IMG/VR virus record: IMGVR_UViG_3300029432_000352
Length of the DNA stretch: 64,000 nt
Reading direction: 5' to 3' (one strand)
Origin: a virus
The position numbers and the translations under genes were made by a program. Every line of letters starts with the position of its first letter. Positions within the stretch are counted from its first letter, which is position 1. Shown in pieces: positions 30,126 to 39,440 of this stretch. Under the pieces are notes generated by a model. The model saw only the letters and a program-made list of their open reading frames with translations. It was not told the DNA's origin and ran no database searches.

Positions 30126-30140
30126 AAAATACATAAAGAG
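29990..30140 (+). ncRNA. putative omega RNA (reRNA) overlapping tnpB 3' end and right end
   Basis: inferred from TnpB family architecture; RE hairpin present; not independently demonstrable from sequence. Confidence 0.3.
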
Positions 30141-30152
30141 GAGGATTATAAA

Positions 30153-31550
30153 ATGAAAATTATGAGAAAACTATTAGCCGGTGTATTAACCACCACAACG
30201 TTGTTTGCATCATTCGGTGTGAATGCTGAACCAAATGAGGCTCGTTATAAGCAATTACATAATTTGTTGGAAGAAGATACAAATGAAATCCATGTGATTT
30301 ATAACGACAAGGTTATTGACAGCGATGTATCCCCTATTAATGATGATGGACATGTTCTAATACCGTTTAGAGCAGCATTAGAGGGTTTAGGTGCTACAGT
30401 GCTGTACGATGATGATACAAAACAAGTGAAAGCAGAAAAAGACGATATTGATGTTTCTTTCAAATTATTGGACACTTCAGTTAATGTATATAAAGACGGC
30501 TATACTTCTGTAATGAATTTGGAAACACCGATGCAAGTCATTGACGGTTACACGCTTGTCCCTATTCGATTATTTAGCGAGGCATTCGGATTAGATGTTG
30601 ATTGGGATGGTGATAAACAAGCAGTAATCATCACAAGTTTACAAAAATTCAATGATGATTTGCAAAATGTTGGTCCGAATATATCTAAATTATCAGAAAT
30701 GAAAAATGTTAATTGGAATGAAGGTGATTTTGAGTTTAATGTTACTCTTTCAATTCCAAATATTATTGATGATGCAAATGTGAGCGGTACAGCAAGCATC
30801 AAAAAAGATAGTGATAAAATATTAATTGATGTAAATGCAAATATAGCAACATCTGATTTTTCAATATCAGATTGTAATTTTAATGTTATTACCGTTGACA
30901 ATAAAGAGGTTTATTTCAAATCAAACATTAGAGATAAAATCCCTAAAGATTCAGATGTAACAATTCCTGATTTTGTAACTGATTCTTGGGCGAAGATTGA
31001 TATTGAGAAATATCTTAACGAGGCGAATATATCGGAAAGTGAAAAGGAAGAATTGCAAGCATTTTTAAATGGCAATATTGAAAATATTAATTATACTCAG
31101 CTTTCTAAATTATTTATGAAAGATACATCATTGTTCACTTCTTACGGTATGGCTATTGCTTTGGATATGCAAGAAAACTTAAATAATTATTGCAAGGTAT
31201 CTCAAAATACAGACGGTTCTATAACTGCAACTTTAGATATTTCAACAGATGAATCTAAAGTAATCGCAGATCATATATTTAATGCCGGAACAATGATTCA
31301 AACTCTTGATATACATAGCAATATGAAAAAAGATAAAACATCATACACTAATATATCAACATTGAATGGTTCGATTAATTTAGGATTTTTTCAAGTAAAT
31401 ATTAATTCAAATATAAAAACTTCATTGCAGAATACAAATGATATTTCAATTAATATTCCGGAAGCTAACAATGTTACTGATGATGCAATTAATTCTACTA
31501 ACGAGACCAAAAATAGTGCTGATTCCTTAAATATAAGCATTAAATTTTAA
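30153..31550 (+). CDS. secreted protein with copper-amine-oxidase-N-terminal-like (stalk) domain repeats (466 aa from ATG 30153)
   Basis: GAGGAGG RBS; signal peptide; HVLIPFRAALEGLGATV and YTLVPIRLFSEAFGLDVDWDGDKQAVIIT motifs. Confidence 0.6.
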   Translation: MKIMRKLLAGVLTTTTLFASFGVNAEPNEARYKQLHNLLEEDTNEIHVIYNDKVIDSDVSPINDDGHVLIPFRAALEGLGATVLYDDDTKQVKAEKDDIDVSFKLLDTSVNVYKDGYTSVMNLETPMQVIDGYTLVPIRLFSEAFGLDVDWDGDKQAVIITSLQKFNDDLQNVGPNISKLSEMKNVNWNEGDFEFNVTLSIPNIIDDANVSGTASIKKDSDKILIDVNANIATSDFSISDCNFNVITVDNKEVYFKSNIRDKIPKDSDVTIPDFVTDSWAKIDIEKYLNEANISESEKEELQAFLNGNIENINYTQLSKLFMKDTSLFTSYGMAIALDMQENLNNYCKVSQNTDGSITATLDISTDESKVIADHIFNAGTMIQTLDIHSNMKKDKTSYTNISTLNGSINLGFFQVNINSNIKTSLQNTNDISINIPEANNVTDDAINSTNETKNSADSLNISIKF

Positions 31551-31568
31551 AAGAAAGAAGGTATTAAT

Positions 31569-32453
31569 ATGATTATATGTTTGATTATTTTGTGTATTAT
31601 GTTGGCAGTGATTATTTCTGCAAACATTAAAATTGTACCGCAAGCACATTCGTATATTATCGAACGCTTGGGCGGTTATTATGCAAGTTGGGGTGTCGGA
31701 CTTCACTTTAAAGTGCCGTTTATCGACCGAATTGCAAAGAAAGTTAATTTAAAAGAACACGTTGTTGACTTTCCTCCTCAACCTGTTATAACAGAAGATA
31801 ACGTAACAATGCAGATTGATACGGTTGTTTATTATCAAATAACAGATCCGAAACTATTCGCATATGGTGTTGAAAAGCCAATGATGGCTATTGAAAATCT
31901 TACTGCAACAACATTAAGAAATATTATAGGTGATCTTGAACTTGATGAAACATTGACATCTCGTGATACTGTAAATACAAAAATGCGTGCAATTCTTGAT
32001 GAAGCAACTGATCCGTGGGGTATTAAGATTAACAGAGTTGAACTTAAAAACATTATGCCTCCGGCTGAAATTCAAGATGCTATGGAACGTCAGATGAAAG
32101 CCGAAAGAGAAAGACGTGAATCAATCTTAAAAGCAGAAGGTGAAAAGAAGTCTGCAATTCTTTTGGCAGAGGGCGAAAAAGAGTCTGCAATTCTTCGTGC
32201 AGAAGCTAAAAAGCAATCTGCTATTAAAGAAGCAGAAGGTAAAGCTGAAGCAATTATCGCTGTTCAATCAGCGGTTGCAGAAGGTATTAAAAGAATTAAT
32301 GATGCTAAACCGAGTGAAGCATATATTAAAATGAAATCACTTGAAAGTTTTGAAAAAGCTGCTGATGGCAAAGCTACAAAGATAATTATTCCGTCAGAAA
32401 TTCAAAATATGGCAGGTATTATATCAAGTTTAAAAGAGGTTGCTGACAAATAA
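31569..32453 (+). CDS. SPFH/band-7 (stomatin/prohibitin-like) membrane protein (294 aa)
   Basis: N-terminal TM, SPFH core, C-terminal coiled-coil EAEGK repeats. Confidence 0.8.
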   Translation: MIICLIILCIMLAVIISANIKIVPQAHSYIIERLGGYYASWGVGLHFKVPFIDRIAKKVNLKEHVVDFPPQPVITEDNVTMQIDTVVYYQITDPKLFAYGVEKPMMAIENLTATTLRNIIGDLELDETLTSRDTVNTKMRAILDEATDPWGIKINRVELKNIMPPAEIQDAMERQMKAERERRESILKAEGEKKSAILLAEGEKESAILRAEAKKQSAIKEAEGKAEAIIAVQSAVAEGIKRINDAKPSEAYIKMKSLESFEKAADGKATKIIIPSEIQNMAGIISSLKEVADK

Positions 32454-32467
32454 TAGTCGAATGTATT

Positions 32468-32501
32468 AAAAAAGGACGATTTTAAAATCGCCCTTTTTTT
32501 C
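32468..32501. terminator. bidirectional rho-independent terminator between convergent genes
   Basis: ggacgattttaaaatcgccc hairpin with A-run before and T-run after. Confidence 0.6.
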
Positions 32502-32870
32502 TTACTTTAAAATATATGTGCCGTAAGGTATATCCATATTAATATCCTTTTCATCAATTTCCGAGAATTTTTCTCGCAAAATCATTGCAACTTGTTGTTC
32601 ATCACAATCTGCAATAGTTTGATTATAGAATTCTTGATGGTTTTCTTCATACGCCGAGAACCCTTCATTAAGGACTTCACTTAACGGCACAAAGAAACCA
32701 ACATATTCTAAATGACAATACATATTATCATATTCAGAGGCATATAAATATCCCCAAAAATGAACATATTTAAAGTTACCTATTTTTTCAATATCGAACA
32801 TTGTTCTATTTAACATTTTTGCTATTGACATAATCTTTTCTCCTTTACCAAGTGATTGTTCCTGCAACAT
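32502..32870 (-). CDS. hypothetical protein (122 aa)
   Basis: ORF. Confidence 0.45.
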   Translation of the reverse strand: MLQEQSLGKGEKIMSIAKMLNRTMFDIEKIGNFKYVHFWGYLYASEYDNMYCHLEYVGFFVPLSEVLNEGFSAYEENHQEFYNQTIADCDEQQVAMILREKFSEIDEKDINMDIPYGTYILK

Positions 32871-33978
32871 CGAAATCTTTCCATTTATAATATAGTATTT
32901 TTGCTATATTTTCTTCAAGATCAAGCAATTGCATTGATGACATACCTTTTTGCTGTGCTGCTGACATAACACCGGCAATACTTAGGTATATATCATCCAT
33001 ATAACAACCACTGCCATTAGAAAAACGTTCAATTTCTTCTACTGCATCTGTAGCTATTCGTTTACCAATACCGGCTTTTTTACAAAAGCCAATCATAGCA
33101 TTAACCGGATGTTCAATGTAACAATTAGACATTGCTCCCATTGTCTTTTCCATATCAATAAACTTAGAGAAAATGGTATCTATTTCTTTTTCGTAGTTTT
33201 CAATACCGACTTTATTCCCTGTTCCAAGTTTATGAGCTACTTTTATACCGGAATTGATACGGAAGTAAGTACCATTCATTTTAAATAGCGGTATAGCAGT
33301 CGCAGCGTATTTACCAACATCAGATGAAATAAATCTTATTGCAGGCATAAAGTTTTTGCCATGAAGTCTTTTTGTATGCTTTTGTACACATTTATCATAC
33401 GCTTCAAGCAAATCGTCTTGGGCTTCAGGTAATTCCCATAATGCTGATGTATAGGTGTAGTTATTTTCTGCCGATACAAATTTTAAGTTGCCAAATTTAT
33501 CATTTAATGCCCTTTCTGTAATATCAACTAATTTTGATATAGGCATTATTTCGTATAAATCCGATAAACAAGCACATACTTTTTCACCTCGTAAAAGTAG
33601 TAGTGAATCACCCTTTGCTACAGTGAAACACTTATTTAGTACTTCTGCAAACAGATATTGAGGCATTCTTGTAAGAGCAGCACCTTTAATCTTAGCTGTT
33701 TCTAAGATACTATCAAGTGCAGTATCTCGTACTAAGTATGAGTTTTTTCCGTATTTAAGGACAAATCCGGTATTGTTACTTGTATCAATAGCAGACTCTA
33801 AAGATACATTGCATTCTTGTGCAATTTCCGGAGATTCAATCTCTTCAAATGATTTTAGTGTTAATACACTTGAATCAATTTTCGGTATCCATGTTGAATT
33901 TGTATCAACATTTTTTATCTCCTCTTTGAATTCATCAAAATCCACAAAAACTCTGTTATAATTATCATTATTTTTCAT
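32845..33978 (-). CDS. hypothetical protein (377 aa)
   Basis: ORF with AGGAGGAATTTTATT RBS. Confidence 0.5.
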   Translation of the reverse strand: MKNNDNYNRVFVDFDEFKEEIKNVDTNSTWIPKIDSSVLTLKSFEEIESPEIAQECNVSLESAIDTSNNTGFVLKYGKNSYLVRDTALDSILETAKIKGAALTRMPQYLFAEVLNKCFTVAKGDSLLLLRGEKVCACLSDLYEIMPISKLVDITERALNDKFGNLKFVSAENNYTYTSALWELPEAQDDLLEAYDKCVQKHTKRLHGKNFMPAIRFISSDVGKYAATAIPLFKMNGTYFRINSGIKVAHKLGTGNKVGIENYEKEIDTIFSKFIDMEKTMGAMSNCYIEHPVNAMIGFCKKAGIGKRIATDAVEEIERFSNGSGCYMDDIYLSIAGVMSAAQQKGMSSMQLLDLEENIAKILYYKWKDFDVAGTITW

Positions 33979-34013
33979 AATAAAATTCCTCCTAAAAAAT
34001 TAAAATTGTTTCT

Positions 34014-34172
34014 TAATTCCTGTAGTCCCATTCCACATCAGAATTTTTCAAAACTGACTCAAGGAAACTGTTAACTGCCTCTTCAACATCACATTCTAAA
34101 GGAATAGGAATAGACATTTCGTATAGCACGTTATCAAAAATCACAACTGTTATATATCTATAATTGCTCATT
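34014..34172 (-). CDS. small hypothetical protein (52 aa), not in ORF track
   Basis: AGGTGGAG RBS 7 nt before ATG 34172; fills 210-nt gap. Confidence 0.3.
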
Positions 34173-34187
34173 GTCTACTCCACCTTT

Positions 34188-34535
34188 TTACTTGATGATT
34201 GAAAAATGTACCACCGTAATGTTTAGATACACTTTTCCATTATCGGCTTTGTGAGTCTGCAATTTTCCGGTAAGTATAATTCTGCATTTATCAGAAATAC
34301 CTTCTTCCAAAAATTTTTGAGCTTGATCGCCGAACATTCGGATAGTAGCCCATAAAACGCCGTTGTTTACCGAATAATGTGTATTCATAAACATATTCAT
34401 TGCTTTAGTAGAAACAGCCATTCTGCCGTCAATATAAAGCTGATTCTGCTTAGAATTCAAAGTTCTTATTGAACTCATTGTACCTTCAATTACTGCATAT
34501 TTTTCGTTGTTGTGTACGAATGTTTGTGTAAACAT
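34188..34535 (-). CDS. ssb: single-stranded DNA-binding protein, short OB-fold form (115 aa)
   Basis: ATIRMFGDQAQKFLEEGISDKCRIILTGKLQTHKADNGKVYLNITVV matches SSB core pattern; no acidic tail. Confidence 0.55.
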   Translation of the reverse strand: MFTQTFVHNNEKYAVIEGTMSSIRTLNSKQNQLYIDGRMAVSTKAMNMFMNTHYSVNNGVLWATIRMFGDQAQKFLEEGISDKCRIILTGKLQTHKADNGKVYLNITVVHFSIIK

Positions 34536-34601
34536 TTTTTTCCCTCCTTAAAAAATTAATAATATATATATATACCGTTTGTTAAACAGTAAAAAAGAAA
34601 A

Positions 34602-34748
34602 TAAAAAAAAGAGCAACTAAGCCCGGTTAGGGTTTAATTACTCTTATAAAAAAACTTTATTAACGAAAAGAAAACAGTTTTATTATAACTATTTTCGTAA
34701 ACTTCATATCTTATATATTTATTATAACACAGTATATAATGAAGTCAA
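34602..34748 (-). promoter_or_regulatory. leader module copy a: promoter TTGACTTCA-16-TGtTATAAT, hairpin, terminator-like hairpin+U-run
   Basis: plus strand: attataaca 34721-34729, agtcaa 34743-34748; hairpin 34610-34644 preceded by A-run. Confidence 0.5.
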
Positions 34749-34752
34749 TAGA

Positions 34753-35028
34753 TTAATTTAGGAATTTGCGTTCTACGAACCATTTTCCTATGTTACAACC
34801 GGATATTGCAGCATTTCTCTCAAAGAAAAGATAACTGCATTGATTGTTCACTTGAATAGTATATCTATCCCCTTGCCCTCCTGCTTTCATTGCTGCCGCA
34901 GGACGAACATCTAATATTTTGTCAATTATGAATCTATGCCCATCTTCCCAAATAATACTTTTGGGTATCATATGTCCAATATCGTCAAAATCAACAGTAA
35001 CAGGAACATATACTTTGTATTTATTCAT
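34753..35028 (-). CDS. hypothetical protein (91 aa) distal in XRE-ImmA operon
   Basis: ORF overlapping ImmA stop. Confidence 0.45.
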   Translation of the reverse strand: MNKYKVYVPVTVDFDDIGHMIPKSIIWEDGHRFIIDKILDVRPAAAMKAGGQGDRYTIQVNNQCSYLFFERNAAISGCNIGKWFVERKFLN

Positions 35029-35572
35029 AATAGCCGCCTCCTAAATCACGTTTAAGAAATGTATTCTTTGTATTTATAGGTGAAACTAATTTATATCCTT
35101 TCTGTTTTAAGATTTTAAACTTAAAATCTAATAATTCTACCGGAACATTTAATTTAGATGCCACCTGAAAGAAAGAATAATTTTCATTTAGATATTCTAA
35201 GACTACATCATCATCTAAAAGCATTTCAGCAGCAAAAATATTCGCTTCATATTCCAAAGTTGATACTTCATCAAATAGTTGAAACTCATGGAATAGATGT
35301 GAAGTAGCATTTTTATGCAAAATAGCATGTCCTAATTCGTGAGCTAATACAATATTTTGTATTAATTCCGGTAAATCAGTATTAATCGTAATGGTTTTAA
35401 TCTTACTGTGAGTCAGAAAAAAGCCTTTACAAGCATTTTCGGTTTTGCCCATACCAGAATACATCAGTATAATACTTAAATCACGGCATAGTTCTTTTAA
35501 ATTTCTTACATCATATGATTTTTTTATACTGTCTACAATATCGGAAATTGTTAAAATACTTAATTTCACCAT
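35021..35572 (-). CDS. ImmA/IrrE-family zinc metallopeptidase (183 aa)
   Basis: HEXXH VLAHELGHAILH; immediately downstream of XRE repressor. Confidence 0.7.
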   Translation of the reverse strand: MVKLSILTISDIVDSIKKSYDVRNLKELCRDLSIILMYSGMGKTENACKGFFLTHSKIKTITINTDLPELIQNIVLAHELGHAILHKNATSHLFHEFQLFDEVSTLEYEANIFAAEMLLDDDVVLEYLNENYSFFQVASKLNVPVELLDFKFKILKQKGYKLVSPINTKNTFLKRDLGGGYYE

Positions 35573-35574
35573 AG

Positions 35575-36003
35575 TTATTTATTCCCTTTTCCGTATTTTT
35601 CTTTAGCAGCATTTTTACAAGCAAAATATGCTTCTGTAACTGCCTGAAAATATGCATCCTTTGTTTCTTCAGAAATAGAACCACCGGCAAATAAAGCTCT
35701 ATTTGCATTTAATAATTCGGTAATTTCTTTTTCACCGTTTAAGCCATACTTATCAAAGGCTTGTTCTTTATATCCGGCAATATCTTGATTGTATTGTGGA
35801 TTGTCTATTTCATCTATGTCTAAATACTCGTATGAGACGTCTAACGCTTTTGCCATTTTATGAATTGCCGATGCTCTCGGAATAGAAGTGCCATTTTCAT
35901 ATTTTATAATAGAACGTTTTGAAATACCTATCATCTCACCTAATTGTTCTTGACTTAAATTTTTGCTAAGTCTTTCTTTTCTCAATTTTTCTGCAAACTT
36001 CAT
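35575..36003 (-). CDS. XRE-family (Cro/C1-type) HTH repressor, ImmR-like (142 aa)
   Basis: LSQEQLGEMIGISKRSIIKYENG HTH. Confidence 0.75.
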   Translation of the reverse strand: MKFAEKLRKERLSKNLSQEQLGEMIGISKRSIIKYENGTSIPRASAIHKMAKALDVSYEYLDIDEIDNPQYNQDIAGYKEQAFDKYGLNGEKEITELLNANRALFAGGSISEETKDAYFQAVTEAYFACKNAAKEKYGKGNK

Positions 36004-36024
36004 TGTATCTTCTCTCCTATATAT

Positions 36025-36129
36025 GAACTTTATTTCACTTTTCGCTTGACAAAGTTCACTTTGTATGATATATTCTTGGTGAACTTTATTTCACTTTATC
36101 ACATTTAACTTCACTTGTCAAGTGAAGTT
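36025..36129. promoter_or_regulatory. divergent control region: 17-bp direct repeats gaactttatttcacttt (36025-36041, 36081-36097), promoter TTGACA-17-TATATT (36046-36074, plus), perfect 23-bp palindrome AACTTCACTTGTCAAGTGAAGTT (36107-36129)
   Basis: all seen directly; palindrome contains TTGACA on minus strand, i.e. overlaps -35 of the XRE promoter. Confidence 0.55.
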
Positions 36130-36150
36130 TTGAAAAAGGAGTAATTTTTT

Positions 36151-37389
36151 ATGGACAGAGTAATCTTGCATAGCGATATGAATAGTTTTTATGCTTCAGT
36201 TGAAATTATGTTAAATCCTGAATTAAGAAACAAACCTGTTGCCGTTGGTGGTAGTACAGAAGAACGACACGGTATTATTCTGACTAAAAATCAGATTGCG
36301 AAGAAATATGGCATTAAAACAGGTATGGTTAATTGGGAAGCAAAACTACTATGCCCCGATTTAGTTATTATCACACCACATTATGAACAGTATATCAAAT
36401 ATTCAAAAATGGCACGAGAAATATACAGTAGATATACAGATAAAATTGAACCGTTTGGTATGGATGAATGTTGGCTTGATATGACTGAAAGTACAGAATT
36501 GTTCGGAAATGGCTTTGATATTGCCAATAATATTAGAAAAACAATTAAGTCAGAGTTAGGTTTAACAGTTAGTATAGGTGTATCTTTTAATAAGATATTT
36601 GCCAAATTAGGTTCAGATATGAAAAAGCCTGATGCTATAACTGTTATAAACAGAGAAAATTATAAAGATAAAGTATGGAACTTGCCTGTCGAAGATTTAT
36701 TCTATGTTGGTCCGGTAACAAAACGTAAACTTAATTCTATAGGTGTTCAAACTATCGGTAATTTAGCCAAATTTCCTGTGAATATTCTTAAAGATAAATT
36801 AGGCAAGAATGGAATTATGTTAAGTGCATATGCTAATGGAGCAGATACTTCACCTGTTATGCCACAAGATTTTGAATCACAAATAAAATCTATTGGACAT
36901 GGTTTAACATTTGTTAGAGATTTAAAAGATAATAATGATGCTTGGCAGGTAATATTTGAACTATCTCAAAATATTGGCAAAAAGCTCCGTAAACATCATT
37001 TACTGTGTGGTGGTATACAATTATCTATCCGAACATCTAATCTGTGGTATAAGCAATGGCAGAGCCTTATAGATGGTAACAGTAGAAGTGTACGAACAAT
37101 AGCCCATACCACTCAAAACTTGTTAGAAACACATTTTAATTGGAATGATACTATTCGGTCATTAACGGTACGAGCAATATATCTTGTTCCTGATAATATT
37201 CCCTATCAAAGAAGTTTATTTGTTGATGATGAAAAAAATGAGAATACAGAAAAATTAGAAAGGACCGTTGAAGTTTTAAGAAATAGATTCGGTCCGAATA
37301 CTATAACATATGCTTCTTTGCTTAATAATGATAAGATACCAAATATTCGCTTGGAAGAAATGATTATGCCGAAACTATTGTCAAGATAA
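36151..37389 (+). CDS. Y-family DNA polymerase (DinB/UmuC-like, 412 aa)
   Basis: N-terminal ILHSDMNSFYASVE...KPVAVGG motif. Confidence 0.8.
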   Translation: MDRVILHSDMNSFYASVEIMLNPELRNKPVAVGGSTEERHGIILTKNQIAKKYGIKTGMVNWEAKLLCPDLVIITPHYEQYIKYSKMAREIYSRYTDKIEPFGMDECWLDMTESTELFGNGFDIANNIRKTIKSELGLTVSIGVSFNKIFAKLGSDMKKPDAITVINRENYKDKVWNLPVEDLFYVGPVTKRKLNSIGVQTIGNLAKFPVNILKDKLGKNGIMLSAYANGADTSPVMPQDFESQIKSIGHGLTFVRDLKDNNDAWQVIFELSQNIGKKLRKHHLLCGGIQLSIRTSNLWYKQWQSLIDGNSRSVRTIAHTTQNLLETHFNWNDTIRSLTVRAIYLVPDNIPYQRSLFVDDEKNENTEKLERTVEVLRNRFGPNTITYASLLNNDKIPNIRLEEMIMPKLLSR

Positions 37390-37424
37390 AAGGGTGCAAA
37401 CAATATGTTTACACCCTTTTTTGC

Positions 37425-38765
37425 TTATAATGATAAACAAAAATTACCTTCTTCGTTAATTTTGAATTTTATCGTCTTTATGTATTTGTCTATAAAATTC
37501 TGTCGTTCATTCTCGGTTGCATTAATGCGACACTTTTTATATAATTGATCAACGAATAATCTACTGTTTAATTCACTCCAATTACCTGTTATATTAAACT
37601 TATCTAATTCTTTCTGTAATGCATCTTTCAGTGCCGCATTATATATTTGAGAAATATTAAATGTCGAAAAATCATCAACCGAACAATAGTATATACGGTT
37701 TTCCCTAAGTGTTTCTTTTATATTTTCCCCACACTTTGAGGATTCAATCATTACCAAAAAATTAGCTGTCGGCAATGATGAAATAAGTCCCCAAAAATCA
37801 GAATCACTGGAAAATAAGATAAACGAATCAACATGGTTTTCGTAAAACTCTTTACATACTCCGGCAGTCAATTTAATGTCCACCAAAGATTTTGCATAAG
37901 TTACTCTTTCAACATTAATATGTTCTGTTTCAATATCAGTGAATTGCTTTAATAATTTCCAAGCAAATGTAGTATTTTTATCGTCATATAATATGATTTT
38001 ACTGATTTTACTCAATTCATTCGGATTTAATCCTTTTAATACAGAATATAATTTATATACATCTGCGTTTTCACAATCAACAACAATAATTGATGAATTG
38101 CTGTTATCAATAAAATTATATATATTTTGTTTTATTCCGTCATTTGCATCATATATTTTTGAATTATCGTCAAATACATCATTATGTAATTGATAGAGAA
38201 GATTAAGTAATTTCTTATCATTCATAAGAATATTACCGTATTCACCTTGATTCCAATGAATATACATTTGGAATGGATAATTGTTTAAATTATTTTGAAA
38301 TTTTGCACCTTCTTCTTTTAAATATTTTTGAGCTATTGCTTCACCTCCTAAAGTTTTAGGAATAATGAATAAGTCTTTTATGTATTCCCATTTTACCCAT
38401 TCCGGGAATAAATTTTTACAATCATTAATATGCTCGTTTATTAAAATGCCGATTTTGTATAGATATTTGTCAGCTGAACAATTTGATTGCATTACTTTAA
38501 TATCATGTTCCAATAACCATGTTATTTCATCATAATTAAAATAGTCTATGGTATTAATATTTTTCATATTATATTGTATTTCTTTTGATATATATTTATA
38601 ATGCAAAAATAATGTTGTTCTAATACGATTTAAGTATCGTATTTTTAGAGCATTCTCATTTTCAAAAAGTATATCACATTCATTATCAAAATGATTATCT
38701 AATGTAAATTTATCAATTCCAATTAAGAATGCTAAAATTGCTGAAATTTTTTTCTTTAGTAACAT
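37425..38765 (-). CDS. protein with C-terminal NYN/LabA-like (PIN-related) domain (446 aa from ATG 38765)
   Basis: IIVVDCENADV...ILFSSDSDFWGLISSL match NYN acidic motifs; AAGGGAG RBS. Confidence 0.45.
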   Translation of the reverse strand: MLLKKKISAILAFLIGIDKFTLDNHFDNECDILFENENALKIRYLNRIRTTLFLHYKYISKEIQYNMKNINTIDYFNYDEITWLLEHDIKVMQSNCSADKYLYKIGILINEHINDCKNLFPEWVKWEYIKDLFIIPKTLGGEAIAQKYLKEEGAKFQNNLNNYPFQMYIHWNQGEYGNILMNDKKLLNLLYQLHNDVFDDNSKIYDANDGIKQNIYNFIDNSNSSIIVVDCENADVYKLYSVLKGLNPNELSKISKIILYDDKNTTFAWKLLKQFTDIETEHINVERVTYAKSLVDIKLTAGVCKEFYENHVDSFILFSSDSDFWGLISSLPTANFLVMIESSKCGENIKETLRENRIYYCSVDDFSTFNISQIYNAALKDALQKELDKFNITGNWSELNSRLFVDQLYKKCRINATENERQNFIDKYIKTIKFKINEEGNFCLSL

Positions 38766-38831
38766 TGACTTTCTCCCTTCTAAATTTATTATGTTATTAT
38801 ATATTATACAATGTTTTACAAATTTTTTCAA

Positions 38832-38869
38832 TAAAAAAAACCACATACACTAATAATTAGTGTATGTGG
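38832..38869 (-). terminator. rho-independent terminator (12-bp perfect stem ccacatacacta + U8)
   Basis: seen directly downstream of 38878..39375. Confidence 0.65.
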
Positions 38870-38877
38870 TAGGTAGA

Positions 38878-39375
38878 TTAATCAAAAAAATCAATATAGT
38901 TGAAGTATGTAAGTAAATCAGTATAAGCGATAATTACATAGTCTGCCGAATTTGTTTCAATTACATTATTCAGTTTATAGAAGTCAACAATATACTTGAA
39001 TTGTTCTAAATCTTCTAATGTATACTCCTCATTTTCGACTAAATCAACCCATTCTTCAGGATCAACAAAGCACATATTTGAGTCACTTTGAGCTAATCCC
39101 ATAAATATATATTTTAAAAGTTTATTTGGAATGTAAATCAGTCGAGGTTTATTAAGAATATTATCAAGATTTTCTTCTATATACTTTTTATAAACTGTCA
39201 TTTCCTGCTCAGGTTCAGTAAAATCAATAGAGTTATATTCAACTGAATCCGTACTTTCGATGATGAGCTTATCGCCAAGATAGACTGAATAATCGAAATA
39301 CTGTTCATCATCAACGTGATAAGTTTGATTAATTTTTACTTTGATATTTGTATTTTTTACTGTAAATTCGTACAT
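38878..39375 (-). CDS. hypothetical acidic protein (165 aa)
   Basis: ORF. Confidence 0.5.
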   Translation of the reverse strand: MYEFTVKNTNIKVKINQTYHVDDEQYFDYSVYLGDKLIIESTDSVEYNSIDFTEPEQEMTVYKKYIEENLDNILNKPRLIYIPNKLLKYIFMGLAQSDSNMCFVDPEEWVDLVENEEYTLEDLEQFKYIVDFYKLNNVIETNSADYVIIAYTDLLTYFNYIDFFD

Positions 39376-39440
39376 ATTTAAAATTCTCCTTTAATATTTT
39401 TAGTCCTATTTCTCAAAAAAGAGAAACAGGACTATACATT

